Both the position numbers and the translations under genes were made by a program. From NCBI GenBank assembly GCA_964188305.1, contig OZ076886.1: a stretch of 64,000 bases of DNA, one strand, 5' to 3'. Positions 50,108 to 64,000 of the stretch are shown here, in pieces; position 1 is the first letter of the stretch, and every line of letters begins with the position of its first letter. The notes beneath the pieces are model-generated. The model saw only the letters and a program-made list of their open reading frames with translations, made no database searches and had not been told where the DNA came from. The DNA comes from Podarcis bocagei (taxonomy: Eukaryota).

Positions 50108-50392
50108 CTCGGCTGGTGAGATTTTAAAGGCCTCGGCAATTTTACTATACAGTTCTTTGACATTGGTAAAGCCCTCGATCCGGCCAGTGGGGCTTCCGTG
50201 GGCCAGCTGGGTGTGGAACACAAGTCGAGGGCGGAGACTGGCAGGGGGTGGGGGAAGGCCAGACTGAAGTGCCCCGCCAACCACACCAACGCTGCCTACC
50301 CCCAGCCCGCCCAGGCCACTGCGAATGGGCTCGGCTTCCTCATTCTCCACCAGCGGTGGGGCCTTCTTCCGTCGGCCTAGTCCAAGCGGCAT
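50108..50392 (-). CDS. GIPC1: GIPC1 coding exon 1 (ATG at 50392; exon extends as 5'UTR to 50443)
   Basis: [22 protein letters not shown]...[43 protein letters not shown] (GIPC1-type N-terminus); donor gtaggt; upstream acceptor tttctag at 50444-50450; the six exons sum to 999 nt in frame. Confidence 0.98.
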
Positions 50393-50784
50393 GAGGGAGA
50401 TGTGGCCAGTCAGCAGCGAGGGTCAGTCGCCCAAGGTATGGACCTAGAAATGGAGGGGGCACAAGGTGAAAAGAAGGAAATGGAAAAGGACAGGCAAGCC
50501 TCTAGAAAGACGCATTATCTTGAATTCTAGGGAGCACTTTTCCAACAAGGAGGAAAGGAAGCTGGACCAGAAACAGGTATAGAACTTAATATCACTAGAC
50601 AACAGCACTTCTCTATTTGTGCCATCAGGTCAGGTAGACTCAGTTTATAAGTAAAGTAGTCTTGCAAATAAGACCACAACAAAATATTACTGGCTTGCCT
50701 GCTCACACATATCTGTGGTAGCCTGAAAAGAGTGAAGAGCAAGGAAGGAAACAAAGCTTTCCCCCATTTATAAGCATTTCAATA

Positions 50785-50845
50785 TTCCTGCGCAGCAGAG
50801 AGTTGGACTAGAAGACCCATTGGCTCCATTCCAACTCTATGATTT
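50785..50845 (+). mobile_element. CR1 LINE 3' tail, degenerate
   Basis: ttcctgcgcagcagagagttggactaga...ttccaactctatgatt. Confidence 0.7.
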
Positions 50846-53134
50846 CTCAGTTTGGCAAATGGCTTTGGGATATGTGTTTCTTGGGGACGTTTTGCCTTGT
50901 TGTGGAAACTAGGGTTTTATCCAGGCAATCTATGTATGTACGCAGATCCCAACCACATCATGGCTTTTGCACAGAAGCGCCACAAGTTCCAACTCAAAGG
51001 CACGAGACGGCAAACAACTACCATGGGAGTTCTGTATCCCACTGGCCGGTGCTTGGGAAAAAAGGGAAGGCTGTCGCTCAGTGGCAGAGCATCTGCTCTG
51101 TATGTGGAAGGACCCTAGTTCTATCACTGCTGTCTAAAGGCAGGGATGGGAAAGACTCGCAGCTTGAAGAAATTATTCTTCAACATCAACTTTGTTAAAC
51201 TGGTCATGTTGTTTGGATGCCTGATTATTGTCTTCCAAAGCAACTACTCTATTCCCAACATAACAATGGAAAGTGAAATACCGGTGGACAACAAAAGAAG
51301 TTTAAAGACACTCTCAAGGCAAATCTTTAAAAATGTAGTATAAGCACTGATAACTGGGAAACACTGGCCTTGCGTTCCAATTAGAGAACAGCCTTTACCA
51401 AAGATGTCATGGACTTTGAAGAAGCACAATCTCTGGACAAAAAGGAGAAACAAGCTAAGAGGAAGGCATGTTTGGGAAATTCTCACCATGATAAACTCCT
51501 GCCTGGAAACCTATATCCCCACTGTGGAAGGACTTGTGGATCCAGAATTGACCTCCACAGTCACTAACAGACTCACTGTTAAGACCGTGTTCATGGAAGG
51601 CAATCTTACTTGGCTATGAGTGATCGCCAAAGAAGAAGAATTACTAGCATACTCCTAACATGTACAATTAACTCAGTCACAATGCAAGTTTTCAAAAAAA
51701 AAAAAAAATGTATTGGAAATTTTCCAGTGGTTTTTCCTATGCAAATTTGCATAGGAAAATTTCAGTTTGCATCAGGAAATTTTCCCTAGAAAATGATCTA
51801 ATTAGCATGTTTGCTTAACTTGTATTTAATAAATGAAGCTACAAACTCTGATATTGCCAATCTTACCTAATATTTACTTGCAACTGACATCCATTAGTTG
51901 TCACAAATGAACTTATGAAATGGAAAATTTTCCACAGAGAAGCGTATCACAGGAAAGTTCTCCATTTTGCAAGATTTTCTGCCCCGCATCTCAGTAAGTC
52001 ACAGCTCAAGCTTTCTAGATATGTATGCCTATTCTGTTTGTGGTTGTCTGACTACAGGAACTCTATTTGGTGAGTGGACGCACAAACAGGAAACAAAATG
52101 GGGAATATAGGAGCATGGATCTAGACTTTAATCCCTTTGCCATGTTATATCTGACTTTATCTCCTGACTTTTGAGTTTCACCTGAAGCAAGAGGTTTCTA
52201 GTCTTGCTTGCTGAAAGGCTTATAAGATCCTGAAATGTTGTGAAACACAGAAAGCCTATTGTTGAATTCAAGTTGGGAGGCTGCATCACAGAGACAAGAT
52301 TTTGCTGTCTGCTGAAGAGAGAACATTCCAGTTGTTCGAAGTTACCAGTGACAGGCTGCACTGAGGCTATATATGAATTGGGTTTTTTGTTTTAACATTG
52401 AAACTGTAATTTAAAGATGCCTTGGTCAACCACTGCATATGTCGCTTACTCCAGAAAATGCTCACAGAGATGATGCACATTTTCTATTAACCAGGGAAAG
52501 GGGTTAATGAGTAGAAAATAAATCCCATTTTAGATAGATGATGTCGATGTTGCATCACCTGGATTTTATCACTCCATGATTGTCCAGAGGTGAATACTGG
52601 CCAAACACCTTTTAGCTGTTTGTTTATGCGTACTTGTTTAACTGCCTCCATAAACCAAAAGAGGTTTTTATCTATGAAATGGAATTGGGACATATTAATT
52701 ATCTGCCATGAACTAATAAGGTTGTAGAGATCGGGCTCTGGGCAGCAGTCTAGTTGCACAGCCATTTGCTGCTGTTAAACCCCGACTCCCAGCAAAACAC
52801 ACTTGCAGCATGCAAGAGGGGAAGAGCACATCCTCAGAATGAACGAAAATGAAGTAAAAGCAAACAGTGGGAGATTAAGCATTCTAACATTCACCACTTT
52901 TAAAAGGCAAGACAATGTTCCCATGTTGAAGCAGTACAGTATGGAGAAGCTCACCACTAAAATGTGTTTTTTTAAAATCGAATAACAAGGCCACACAACA
53001 GTACAGGCCAGGTTTATTTAGAGGTGGGGCAAGAAGAGGGGTGTTGTCTCTCATCTTTCTCACCACAGGCTATATCCAACAGGCACCTGAAATGCTCACA
53101 TGATATTCCACACAGCAATTACAATGGCTGTGAC

Positions 53135-53560
53135 CACAAGAAGAGCCCTGATAGATCAGACCAAAGACTGATCAAGTCCAACATACCATTTTCAACAGTG
53201 GCCAGCTAGATGCCTCTGGGAAACCCACAAACAGGATATGATGGTATGAGGGCACTAGCCCTCTTCTATGCTTGATCCTCAGCAACTTGTACTCAGAGGT
53301 ATATTGCCTCTGATCCTGGAGGGTAATATACAGCAACCATGATTAATAGTCAATGATAACTCTGCCCTCCATGAATCTGTCTAATAAACGTGCTGTAGAG
53401 ATGGGGGGAAATGCTTCCCCCCCCCATCAGATTGATGAACTTCTATGATGTCTCCTCCCCTTACACATCTTTCTTCTAAATTAAAAGAAGCAAGCATTAT
53501 ATTCTTTCTCTGTAGTGGAGTTGCTTCAGCCCCCTGACCCCTTTGGTTGCCCTTTCCCTA
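53135..53560 (-). mobile_element. CR1-type LINE fragment
   Basis: aagagccctgatagatcagaccaaag...ccctccatgaatctgtctaat...cttctaaattaaaaag...ttggttgcccttt. Confidence 0.6.
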
Positions 53561-54630
53561 AAAGTGACAGGATTTGATAGGTGAGCATGCTTTGCTCTCT
53601 TTCGGCTATGAAATGGGCATTTCAGAGCTGGATTCAGTACAAGAAGCCACTGTCAAATCTCAGGTCTGGGTTCATGTCCAGTACTGCTCATCGCTCCATA
53701 ATACACAGGTACACATTTGTGTGGGTTACAAAGGTTTATAATGAATAATACAAGTACCCGTCCTTTCTGTAGGAAGTTAACAACTAATTGATATAAGAAC
53801 AACCAATAGGTAAACACTATCAGATTAAGATTTAAATACAGTAAACCAAAGATTAGAAATAACTGGGAAGAAAAAGTCAAACTGTCAAGACTTTGGTTTA
53901 GAAATGTCTGTGTATTAACAGGAGGCAAATTATTGCTCCAAATTAAAAACTGCATAATGAAGACAAATCACATAACAAAGATACCCTAAAATAGCCTTTG
54001 GGTCCAACAACATGACTCTCTCCTAAAGGAAAAGGCCCTTGAATAATACAGCAGGACACAAGATCCTAACCTTTCTGCTAATTTATGTGCATCTCCAAAC
54101 CAGGCCCTGGGAGCGTGCAAGTGTTGGGACTGGCACAGCAGGAGCAAGCCTCTGACGCCTCTGTTCTGGGATCAGGGTGGAGCAGGCCTTTGCAAGTTGA
54201 TTCAGAGCAGAGAAACAGGCTACAGGGTGTTCCCTAGAGGGTGGGACAGCAAGGGAACGCAGCCAAACCTGTGAGTGCTCCACACTGAAGAACAGCTAAA
54301 GCAAACTACAGGGCAAGGCATTCCACATTCTAAGCACAGCCTTCAGCATTGTCAAAAAAAACTTCTGCCAACACCACTTCCCCTTCAAACACTGCCAAAA
54401 GTAACTATTTTCAAAGCAATATTTTGTCTCCTTTTATGCTGCAAGTTCCACTGTGATCTGGCTTGTCCCATCATTTTCAGCTCCCAGAGATCATTACACT
54501 ATTCTGCACTTGCATCTGTCTCCCTTGACTTCTCTCCCAAAGTCTGCCAGAGAACAAGATCTTATCCCTGTTTCAATATTACATTCATATCCCATCTTTC
54601 CTCCAAGGGGCTCACTGAGATAAACATGGT

Positions 54631-54786
54631 CCAATGTGCTAGAAAAAGGGGTGCTGGAACTCACCATGAAAACCTCCCTCATTCTCTTAGAATGGCAATG
54701 GCATCCACCTGAGAGGTGCCAGCCCAGAACCCACCTGAGAGGTGCCAGAACTGAGTTTCTCTGAGTTCTCCCTGAAAAAAGTCCTG
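54631..54786. mobile_element. hAT-like MITE, same family as 11027-11160
   Basis: Shares ctagaaaaag.ggtgc.ggaa.tca.catgaa.acctccctc..tctcttagaatggcaatggc; internal duplication of ccacctgagaggtgccag. Confidence 0.6.
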
Positions 54787-57700
54787 GTACTCCTCCCTCC
54801 CTCCCTCTTTTATTCTCAGCACCCATTTGAGGTATGTCAGGCTGCAAGATGATGATTTGCCCAAGTTAACCCAGTAAGCTTCACAGTTCAACGTTGATTT
54901 GAACGTGGGCCTCCCCTGTCTTCCTGATTCACAATATTCTCATTTCAAGCAATTATGAAAAATATAATCACACACTCCAGAGCATAAATCCACCAAGACT
55001 ATAGGCATTTACAGGTCATGGAATTAGCTCTAAACAAGACTCCTCATGGGTGCTGAATTTTAATTTGTCTAGACAGCAGACATACAGGAGACAAAGTGCT
55101 GACAAGGCCCCATCTTGGCAGAAATGCAGAAGGCAAGAGGCTGAAAGCCCTAAAGCTATAATCTTTACCTATAAAACAAATCATTTGAAATACTAACACA
55201 TCTAAACTTAAACTAGTGTGAAGCATCCTAAGGATTTCAAAATTTGAAGCACAATGTATAGTTTTGGGGAGGGCCAGATAACTTCAGAGATCTGTTCCAT
55301 AAATCCTACTCAAGTTTTGTTGACATTCCATACTGAACTAGAGATTTCTCTGCAGCTGACTAGGATAGGCGTTAAAATGCTAAGCCTTGAATAACTGGAG
55401 GCCTCAAATGGATTTTTGTGGTAATGCCTCTGTATTAAGATAGGAATTATTTCACCTAGGCCTAAACAATCAAGAGGAGGCTTGCCAAACTTCCTCTTAA
55501 ACTCTCCAGTGAAGATGGCCGTGAATTCACTAGCTAACTTAGCCTCCTATCTCTGCTGCTTTTACAGCTAAGGATTTGCTTTCTACGTTTTTAACAAAGC
55601 CTTCGTTTCCTGCTGTTAGAAACACGACTGGTTGACTTCCACCTGTTAATTGTTCGTTTTAACATCAAAATCCATGTGCTTGCACACCCTATAACTTAAA
55701 CATATTTATTTCTGTCATCACCTACCCCCCAGGTTCTCCAGTACTGTGTGTACGTTTACTTAGCTGGGGCAACCCAGGCAGATAGGTGGGGTACAAATTT
55801 CATCATCAACATCAACATCGGTATCCCCTTGAGTTCAAGAGGATTTTCTCCCATGTTAGGATTGCAGTTGAAGTATTTCCCTTTGAAGTGTGTCTCATTA
55901 CCAGCAGCCTCACTAGCTGTTATTACCATCACTACTATTTACGGTAACCTTTTTTATTGTCTGTGTGAGACACTGCACTGACCTCACGTATAAAAGCCGC
56001 TCCTGCCCAGATGGCTTACTATGGAAGACTGGGAGGACAAAGATGAAGGGAGATAACAGGAAGAGAGTAGCAAAGGGCAGGTGGGAGAGGGTTGTATTTA
56101 CTATTACTCCTGCATGTTAACAGGATCAAAATGAAGGCACAGTATTATTTCAAATGACTTGGACAGAATACTTTGTGCATCACAGAAAATCCTTTACTAT
56201 TCTTGCAACAGACCACATTCAATTTGTGATCCACAATTACCATTGAATCCTTATCAGCAGAGCTAGAGCCTAGCTAGCCTACTTTTTCTAATACTATAAG
56301 TACATTATACCAGACAGTTGCTACATCCCACAGCAGGAAAGCATGTGAGCGACAGTGTTACTTCACCAACATCAACACAGAGGTGGGTGGGGAGACCTTT
56401 CAGCAATTTTGTTTTACTCTTCTGATGAATACTGTATTTGGAAAGGAAAGATGGTCAGAATCATCAGGGTTCCTCCCTGCTTCTGCTCCCTGGGTTAGGC
56501 AAGGGAAGATAACAAATGGCACCTCACCCTACAGTGGGCGCAGTTTCCTGCTTCAGGAACCAGTGACCTCTTGGCAGTAAGTGAAGGAAGGTCCCTTACA
56601 TCAGGTGGGGAAGAGAGTGTGAACTGGCAGACCTGAGGAAAAGGGTGGGCTACATTATACACATTTGCATGAAAAGGCCAATTCATATCTCACCAGTAAC
56701 TGAAATATACTGTATACTGAATGCATTATACAAAGTCACCAACATCCTGTTATTGGTACATATTATGCACATTCACCCACATTTACTCCTTTTTCACCAT
56801 TATTCTACCTGCAAAATTTAAGATTTCAAAGAATTTGGAGCATTTTGCAAAATGTAGAAAGCCAGAGGAGAATCAGTGATTAGGCTTAAGTGGTCAGCAG
56901 GAGGGGAACAGAACATGGTGGCCACAGGAGGGAATAAATGTGTATGGTGCTGTATTGTTAGATTTTGCACAACTTTGGCGACAGGTTATGCCTGCCAAGC
57001 ACCTACCCACCCCTTCCTTGTTAAAATGGTAAGGGACTGTAATGGAACACACTGTGTACATCCCTTTTGACCTAGATAAGGAGTAGTAAGCTTCTGAATG
57101 CCTCTGAAGAGTGAAATAGAAGCACTTGCCAGTTTTGCCAGTTCTTGAATAGCACCTAGGTTACAGAGCACAAATCTTTTTTCTCCAACTTCCTCAAACG
57201 TTAACACCCTCAACAGATTACCTATAGCAACAAAAGGACAAAAGTCCAACACCTTATACCACTGAGCCAATCATTAAAAGCATAGAGGAACACCTTCTAA
57301 ATTCAGCAAAAGAGCCTTCAGTTAGGGAAGATGGAAGCCCATAATGCAGGAGAATGGCATATAGTACACAATTTAGGAGAAAGATCTGACAAAACTGCAT
57401 TTCCCCCCCAGCTTCTCAAGTCTCCTGAGAAAGCAGGGGTGCTGACCTCACTGGAGAGATGTTAAATGGACAGGAAAGCCAGTTTCCTCTGCTACTAGGC
57501 ATTTGGGTGTTGCTACCGAGTTTCCCTCAATTCCTACACTACAATAAAAGGAAAACAGAAAGTCAGTTTCGGTAGTGAAACTCAATCCTCCCCCATCAAT
57601 GATAACAGAGACACCGACCCACACACTCTCCTAAGCCCACTTGGCATCAGGAACAGCAGGAACCATGGGACTCGGCACACTTTGAAACAGGTGGGTCTTT

Positions 57701-57929
57701 ATCAGGCACTTGTTAAACCACCTTATTTTATATTCTCTGAACGTAGCAGGATAGTTCAAAAACTCCTCACCTAACTTAATAGTACAGAGCGGACGTACAT
57801 GGACGTTTATTTAATCGCTTACCCCCTTTTACTAATGGAAGGGGGAGCAGAGGGTCAGGGAAGAGAAACTCTCAGCATGTGCAGAACCCCCCCCCCCGAA
57901 ATTCCAAGTCACAACACGCCCAGGGGCTC

Positions 57930-59420
57930 CATTCAGAGAACCCAGGAGTCCGGGCTGCCGCTCCAGCTGGCAACTCCCCTCAAGAGCGGGCTGTCTCAGG
58001 GGCAACGGCACTACTTTCCCTACGTGTTTTGTATCCAGGCAAGCCCGGCGGGGCTTTTTGCATCTGCAAACGGGCAGGAAGCTCCCTCCCGCCGGGTGGG
58101 GGTTGGGGGAAGAGCGCTGGATGCCAGGACTCCTGGGTTCCCCCTCACCCCTGAATCTCGCTTTCTCTTAGGAGCCGCCCCCACTTCTCTCTCCCCCCCC
58201 CCAGCTCCCTTCCCTCGCAGCGCAACCAACACTCCTCCCCCCAGAGCCCCTCTCCTTAGGCAAGACACGTCCATTCCCTTCTCCTCCTCCTTACCAGCGT
58301 CCCTTTCCTCGCCGGGCCCGTCCCTCAGCCAAACTACAACCCCGCGCAAGCCAGGCCTGTCCCTCAGCAGGAGGCGGGACTTAGAAACCGCGCCTACTAG
58401 CCAATTGGAGCGCGCTTCGCCTCCTTCCTTGGCTAATCACAGGTTGCCCTCCCAAAGCAAGGAGAACATTCCGGGTCCTTCGTATCAAGTTCCACACAAG
58501 CGCCGCCGCCACCCCCAGCTTCGAGATGCAATGGAAGGGGTGGGATTGGGTTGCGGAGCAGAAACGCAGAGCGGGTGGAACATACCATCCTCGAAGTGGG
58601 GGGGGGGGAGAGGTGGATAGTAACCATTCAGGAAGGGTTTTGGGGATAACTGCCCGCGGCCCTGAACCCGCCCAAGCGCCCTCTCCTCCCCCCGCCCGCA
58701 CCCGGCTCGCGTCCGTGTTCTCATTGCCTTCTAGTGGCCAATTCTGTCACTACAGCGCGCTTGGAACCAATGGGAAGGCGGGAGGCCGGGCGCGGCCTGA
58801 GCCGGAGGCGAATTAGCTGCCCCGGGTGGAGGGAGGGGGAGACTTGTCTGTGCCTGGCGCTTAGCAGCCGAGCGCCGGGGTGGGAAGGTGCGCTATTCCG
58901 ATCACGCCTTTTCTCTAGGTTAGGGGCGGACCGGAGTTCACTACTTCGGCCTCGCCCCGGAACCTGTTGTGAATTCGAGGGGATCGAAACACTTAAAGCC
59001 GGAGAACTCTGCGCTTTTCCTTCACGCGAAACCAGCCCCGCTCCTCGTCCCGCAAAAGCCTCTCCCTCCACTTTAGGCCGTAGGAGAGGCGGTTCTTGGA
59101 GGGCAGCGGTGGCGTCCAAGGCTCCGGGGGGGGGGGGAGGACCCACATGTCACAGCCCACTGGTGACCGAGGGAGGGCGTCTTGCCGACTTTCAGAAACG
59201 GGGTGTCAACATTCGCTCACCACGACGCACGTCACACCCACACCCACTTTTTCCTTCACTGCGTCGAAGAGAATATCTCCCAATTCTCGGTGATTTCGAA
59301 ATTTGGATTAAAAATGCCATTGGAATCAATTGGGCGTGACAGAATTTTCATAGGTTGGGGCGGCCCATTGTGAACATAATGGTGCTTGCCTTTGAGTAAG
59401 TATCGCGAGCGCCAGTCCTA
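57930..59420. promoter_or_regulatory. GIPC1: CpG island / GIPC1 promoter region
   Basis: Abrupt rise in CpG and GC content; CCAAT boxes at 58401, 58738 and 58767; ggcggga at ~58373 and ~58777; GC box ggggcgg at ~58923; ~8 kb upstream of the first coding exon. Confidence 0.85.
58295..58360 (-). other. GIPC1: Candidate non-coding first exon of GIPC1 (5' end approximate)
   Basis: Minus-strand donor ctg|gtaagg (GT at 58294-58293) just downstream of the CCAAT box; the first coding exon has its own acceptor, so an upstream exon is expected. Confidence 0.55.
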
Positions 59421-59506
59421 CCATTAGGCAAAGTGAGGCAGCAGGGAAGCTCAGCAAAGCACTCACAAATGCATAGGTCATATAATAATACCCTGTGTCA
59501 TATAAT

Positions 59507-59653
59507 CAGTGGTTTTTTCCTGGGGGGACACGGGTACACATACCCCTAAACATTTTGTGAATCTAAGTTTGGCTTCATTGAGGGGCAGTATTTCAATATG
59601 AGTAGGAAAATGAGAGTACCCCTCTCATATTTTTTTTTTAGAAAAAAGTACTG
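59507..59653. mobile_element. hAT MITE
   Basis: cagtggttttttc...gaaaaaagtactg TIRs; TSD catataat / cctataat. Confidence 0.8.
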
Positions 59654-59679
59654 CCTATAATATACAGTTGTGGCTGTTC

Positions 59680-59897
59680 CAGGGCTAGCCCACCCACAAG
59701 TCAAGGTGAGGCAACTGCCTCGGGTGGCAGGATCCACAGGGGCAGCAGATCCCACCTCTCTGTGAATAGGAAGCACTGCTGGTCGTCTCCTCCCACCTTT
59801 GTTCCTGATATATATCTTCACTCTCCCTATCTTCCCTAGCAGGGACACACCATTTTGTGGTTCATCTTAGGTGTCAAAATGCCTTGGGCTAGCCCTG
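59680..59897. mobile_element. hAT MITE
   Basis: 13-bp TIR cagggctagccca / tgggctagccctg; degenerate 8-bp TSD ggctgttc / ggctctgc. Confidence 0.7.
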
Positions 59898-62800
59898 GGC
59901 TCTGCCATAATACTTTGAATTTGCAGGGTGGAGCTATCTTTGGTTGTATGAGAAGACAGTTGTCATAGTAGTGTTGATTGTTTCGCCTACATACTGCTGG
60001 GGGGGGATGTTGATTTAATCTCAGTTCTGTGCATGTTCAGTGATGCTGTACACCTTGAAATTAAGGGAGGGATTTGCTGGTTTATTTCAGGTAGCAAAAT
60101 GTATTGGGCTAGCCCTGATTATCCTGCTCTTCCTCCAAAGATGGCATCCATAGTCCACTCCTGTAGACTCCTAACATTTGTACCAGATAGGTTTGGCTGT
60201 AAACTACCCAGCCATTATTGTGTGACATATCCAAGTGTCGCCTGTCCTGTTTTGCCACCTTGCATATGCTTCATGCACTGCCCACCCCCACTGAAGCCTC
60301 GCTTTCTGGGGTTGTGCAGGTGCAACTTCCAGGTTCAAATAACATCTTTCTAAAACCCAGAAACCACCACAGCCGCTTCTCTGAGAGCAGGGGCATGCAT
60401 CTGCAGAGGCACCCTTTGGGTTCTACCACCTGAGGCAGCAGTCTCTCTGCATGGACAGGCCCAGCCCTGGCCATACCACCGATTATTAGCAGCCTAGGCC
60501 AGGAATGGAGAACTTATGGCCCTGCAGATAGTATTGGACTGCAGCTCCCATCGTCCCTCCCATTTGGCTGTGCTGTGCTGTTTGCGACCAATAGAGTGGG
60601 ATGGCAACATCTGGAGAGCCACGCATGAGCTAGGCACTAAGAATTAACGTACCAGGGAAAGAAGCTCAACCCAAGCCTGTGCTCTACTTGTTCTGTACTG
60701 CTTTTCTTCAGATAGAAAAAAATGAGATTCCTGGCCTACCGTCTGAACTGGTAAGAGTTCACTTTACCTCCATACTCTGCATGTGTAGCATCAAGCCCCT
60801 GTCACTCTTCTTGGCTGCTATCTGGTTGAGCTTCCTAAAATTAATCTCTTGGAACTTGTTTGGCTCAAGCTCATATGGCTCACACAAGCAGCAGACTGTA
60901 TCGCTTCAGCTGTCAGATCACTTTGGAATGTGCTTCCTGCCCCCATATAAAATATTCAGCAAGTTAAAAACTAGCACAGCTTGTTGCTCTCTGTTATGCT
61001 GCTTTTCAACTTATAGAGAACTGAGAATTCTTCACATAGCAAAGAATTTAGAAATGTGATCCAGCACATACTTATCTACCCGCCTCTTCCTGCTGCACAC
61101 ATAGACTAGGCTCCTTTGGGACTTTTGGGAACAGGGAGCTAAATACTGAGTTTAAGCAAATAAAGAGATTTCTTAGAATGCAGAACAAAACCTTAAAATT
61201 TAAGCAAAGTTTGCGGTAAGAATTCTTATTTGGATGAGGCCGGTGCAATAGCACATACCAGTTGGCAGTCAATACTTTGGAGGGTTTGCTTTCAGGGCTT
61301 TCGTTCTTAGCCTTTACTCCCTTGTAGCTTAAATCGTCACTAGAAAAAAATCTGTGTGAACTGACAGAATATAGGAAGCACGACCATAAACAGTAGTGTA
61401 TTAGGGTAGCGTTGTTGCCAATATATCCATGGTATGGAGAGGAAGAAGAAGAAAAAATCAAAATGAAGGTGGCAGCAGATACCTTAAAATTGTGTTGATC
61501 AGTCTCTTCTTCTTCTTGCTGAACTTCTTGCAGGAATCCTATTGGACTACATGCATATAGTACCAATACTGTCTTGACCAGAATGCAGATACACCTCCTT
61601 AGACCACACATGTATTATTTTACAATAAAAAAATTTCACTCACTTTTCTGCTTGTATTTACAATAAAGGAAGATCCAAGCTTAGGTCATCCATTTTCATC
61701 CATCATATTTTGCTTCTTGGGTCCTCATACCTCACTAATTTTTCTGCCTAATATTAAAAAAAGTTAACCTAGATTCAAAAACCCAGCTATCTCAATCATG
61801 GAAACCAATACTTTAAAAATCTGAAGTTATTTTTACCCTTGTACTTAATGACATTACAACTGTGTAAGATGCCTGTCTTTGGACAGCGACATCATGACAA
61901 AAATCCTACAAACTAGTTAAGTGTTGGAAATATCATGAACAGTATAGTTCATGATTGCACATATATGTTACACTCACTGCTCCTGCATTAGGATATATGC
62001 ATAGGAAACTATAGTGAACGCCTGCTTAACCATTGAAATAGATATGTACTCAATCATCCTGTGTAAAGTTTGCCATACATGGGTTTTTTTCAATTGGACA
62101 CAATTGAAGCAACTCCAACGCAGAAGAGGTTGAGACAGGCCCTGCCTGATCAATCTCCTTAGCTTAACTATGCCAAATTGAAGAATAGACGTTTCACAAA
62201 GAAGAGCTAACTGCAGAATCTGTAGTGTAGCCTGAATTCGTTTGCTATCTGTCACAAAGTTAGGGGTGCATCCTGTACAGCTTCCAACTATGAAAATTGT
62301 GATTCTGTGCAATCAGTTGTCACATTCACATGAGTTACATGGAAGCTGTTGCTTGAACCGTATTAGAGTGAGCAACAAAACAAAGAAATCATATAAAAAT
62401 ATTCGTTCCCACCTTTTCTGATGTGAATCAAAGGATGCTGTAGCCAATGTGGCAGTTCTAGAGCACTGCACTGATAGAATATTCAGAAGTGTTGCATTTG
62501 ATGCAGCTAAATGATGTCAGGTTTTATCTTCCCTGGAGAAGCTAGACTGGCTCTCTTCCTGTTCTTTTGCCAGCAGGTGAAGATCTTGTTCCAACAGGCT
62601 TCTGGGAATTGACTGCTTTTTTTAAAAGGGCTGGTGCAGTACTGTTTTTAATTATTTGTATGTTTTAAGCCAATTTTATATATGCGTATAGTTTTATGTC
62701 TATTAATGTTTGTTTTTTAATTATTTGTTTCTCTGTTTTTAAGTGATTGTATTTATCTCTAAGCTGCCTTGAGCCCCATCACGGGAAAATGCAGGGTATA

Positions 62801-64000
62801 AATATAACAGCAGCTCAGGCACCAAAGGAAAAAAATCCCATCAATTGGAGAATACTCCCACACATAGCTCTGTAACTGGCTTGTTTCCTCCTAAAGGTGA
62901 CCAATTTCAGTTCCCTGGAGACCCAAACTAAAATAACATGCCCAGTAATCTTAAATCTCTTAATCTTATACTCGTATGATGGAAATGCTACTGGTGCATG
63001 TCCATAAGATCCCAACCCGCCACCTGAAGATGAATTCTCTAGCTTTTTCCTGTAGAAACTTACATTTGCCTATTAAGAAACAAGGTGCTCACAAGCTATT
63101 TTCGGCACATACACATTATGTACAAGAGACAGATAATTTTAGTTTGAGATAATGTATAGGACCCATTTGGAATTCACGTCTATCAGACACACAGAACTTC
63201 TGACGTAACAGTGAGATTTTTTAGTGAACATGTAAAGACCATATGGCAACACAGAGGCCCTTCGGTTTACAATTGCTATTCATTAGACTAGTAGTGATCA
63301 CGCAGAGGAATGAAGAAGCAATCTTGCTGAGGAAATTAAACAGGTTGCATTTCTAGAAGAAATGGGTAGCTTTGCCTGCAATAATCAGTTATTTTCCTTC
63401 CATTTAATCCCTCTTTAGGATCAGATAGCACAGTGGAATGCCTGTTCAGAGATTTTAGTGACAAGGATCCAGCAGAAGCTGTGGATTTATGTTGTAGCTA
63501 AAGAGCATTTCTTCATTGCTTGGAATGCATTCCATTTTAATTTTAAGCCCATAACTGTAAGCTATTTAATATTAATTTGGTATTTTTCAAACCTAGAACA
63601 TTGAAGAAAGAAGCTCAGTATGACAAGTTTCTTATTTCATGACCATGAACCAATAAACACTCACATCTAGGTTTGTTTACACTAGTTATATTTTTTAAAA
63701 AAATGTTTACAGGAGGCTATACATGTTCCTTTACTAGAAACAATACCTTTAAGAAAAATGACTAATGCTTTACTCTTTTCAGTTTCAATAGTTATCACCT
63801 ATTGAAATACTTATTTATTAAAGAATGTCTTCAACTGAACATTTTACATCTTTTCTGCCAGTCCAATCAACCAACCAGGATCAAGTCTGACATATTAACA
63901 GTGTATGGCAAGAAGTCAAAGATTTCACTGAAAAAACCTGTAAACTTCTTACATGCTTTCCAGAAGTTATAAGGCAGCATCCTGCTTGCTTAACAGGGGA

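Noticed and set aside
57799-59339. Long ORFs of 273, 201 and 141 aa
   Set aside because: Pro/Arg/Gly-rich frames expected by chance in a CpG island; no domain recognised.

Overview
Vertebrate genomic DNA, almost certainly from a squamate reptile and probably a lacertid lizard, judged by the Sauria SINE, BovB, CR1/L1/L2 fragments and hAT/Tc1 MITEs. There are two main contents. (1) Bases 1-~5273 are the 3' part of a class I (gamma/epsilon-like) endogenous retrovirus on the + strand. It is heavily deleted and rearranged: two gag C-terminal segments, a ~0.6 kb non-retroviral insert in place of pro/RT, an RNase H-integrase ORF lacking key catalytic motifs, a ~750 bp pol-env spacer with a splice acceptor and an unrecognised 135-aa ORF, an internally deleted env with a long two-hydrophobic-segment leader, then PPT and 3' LTR. 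(2) A complete GIPC1 gene lies on the - strand: six coding exons at 30870-50392 give 999 nt (332 aa + stop), all introns are GT-AG, and there is a CpG-island promoter at ~58-59.3 kb. The rest is intergenic or intronic DNA with many TE fragments, some degenerate hammerhead-like (Penelope-type) motifs, and an antisense exon-like segment inside the largest GIPC1 intron. The best candidate for something undescribed is the ERV: possible spliced accessory gene(s) plus a captured host fragment. Family assignments come from recalled motifs, not database searches.
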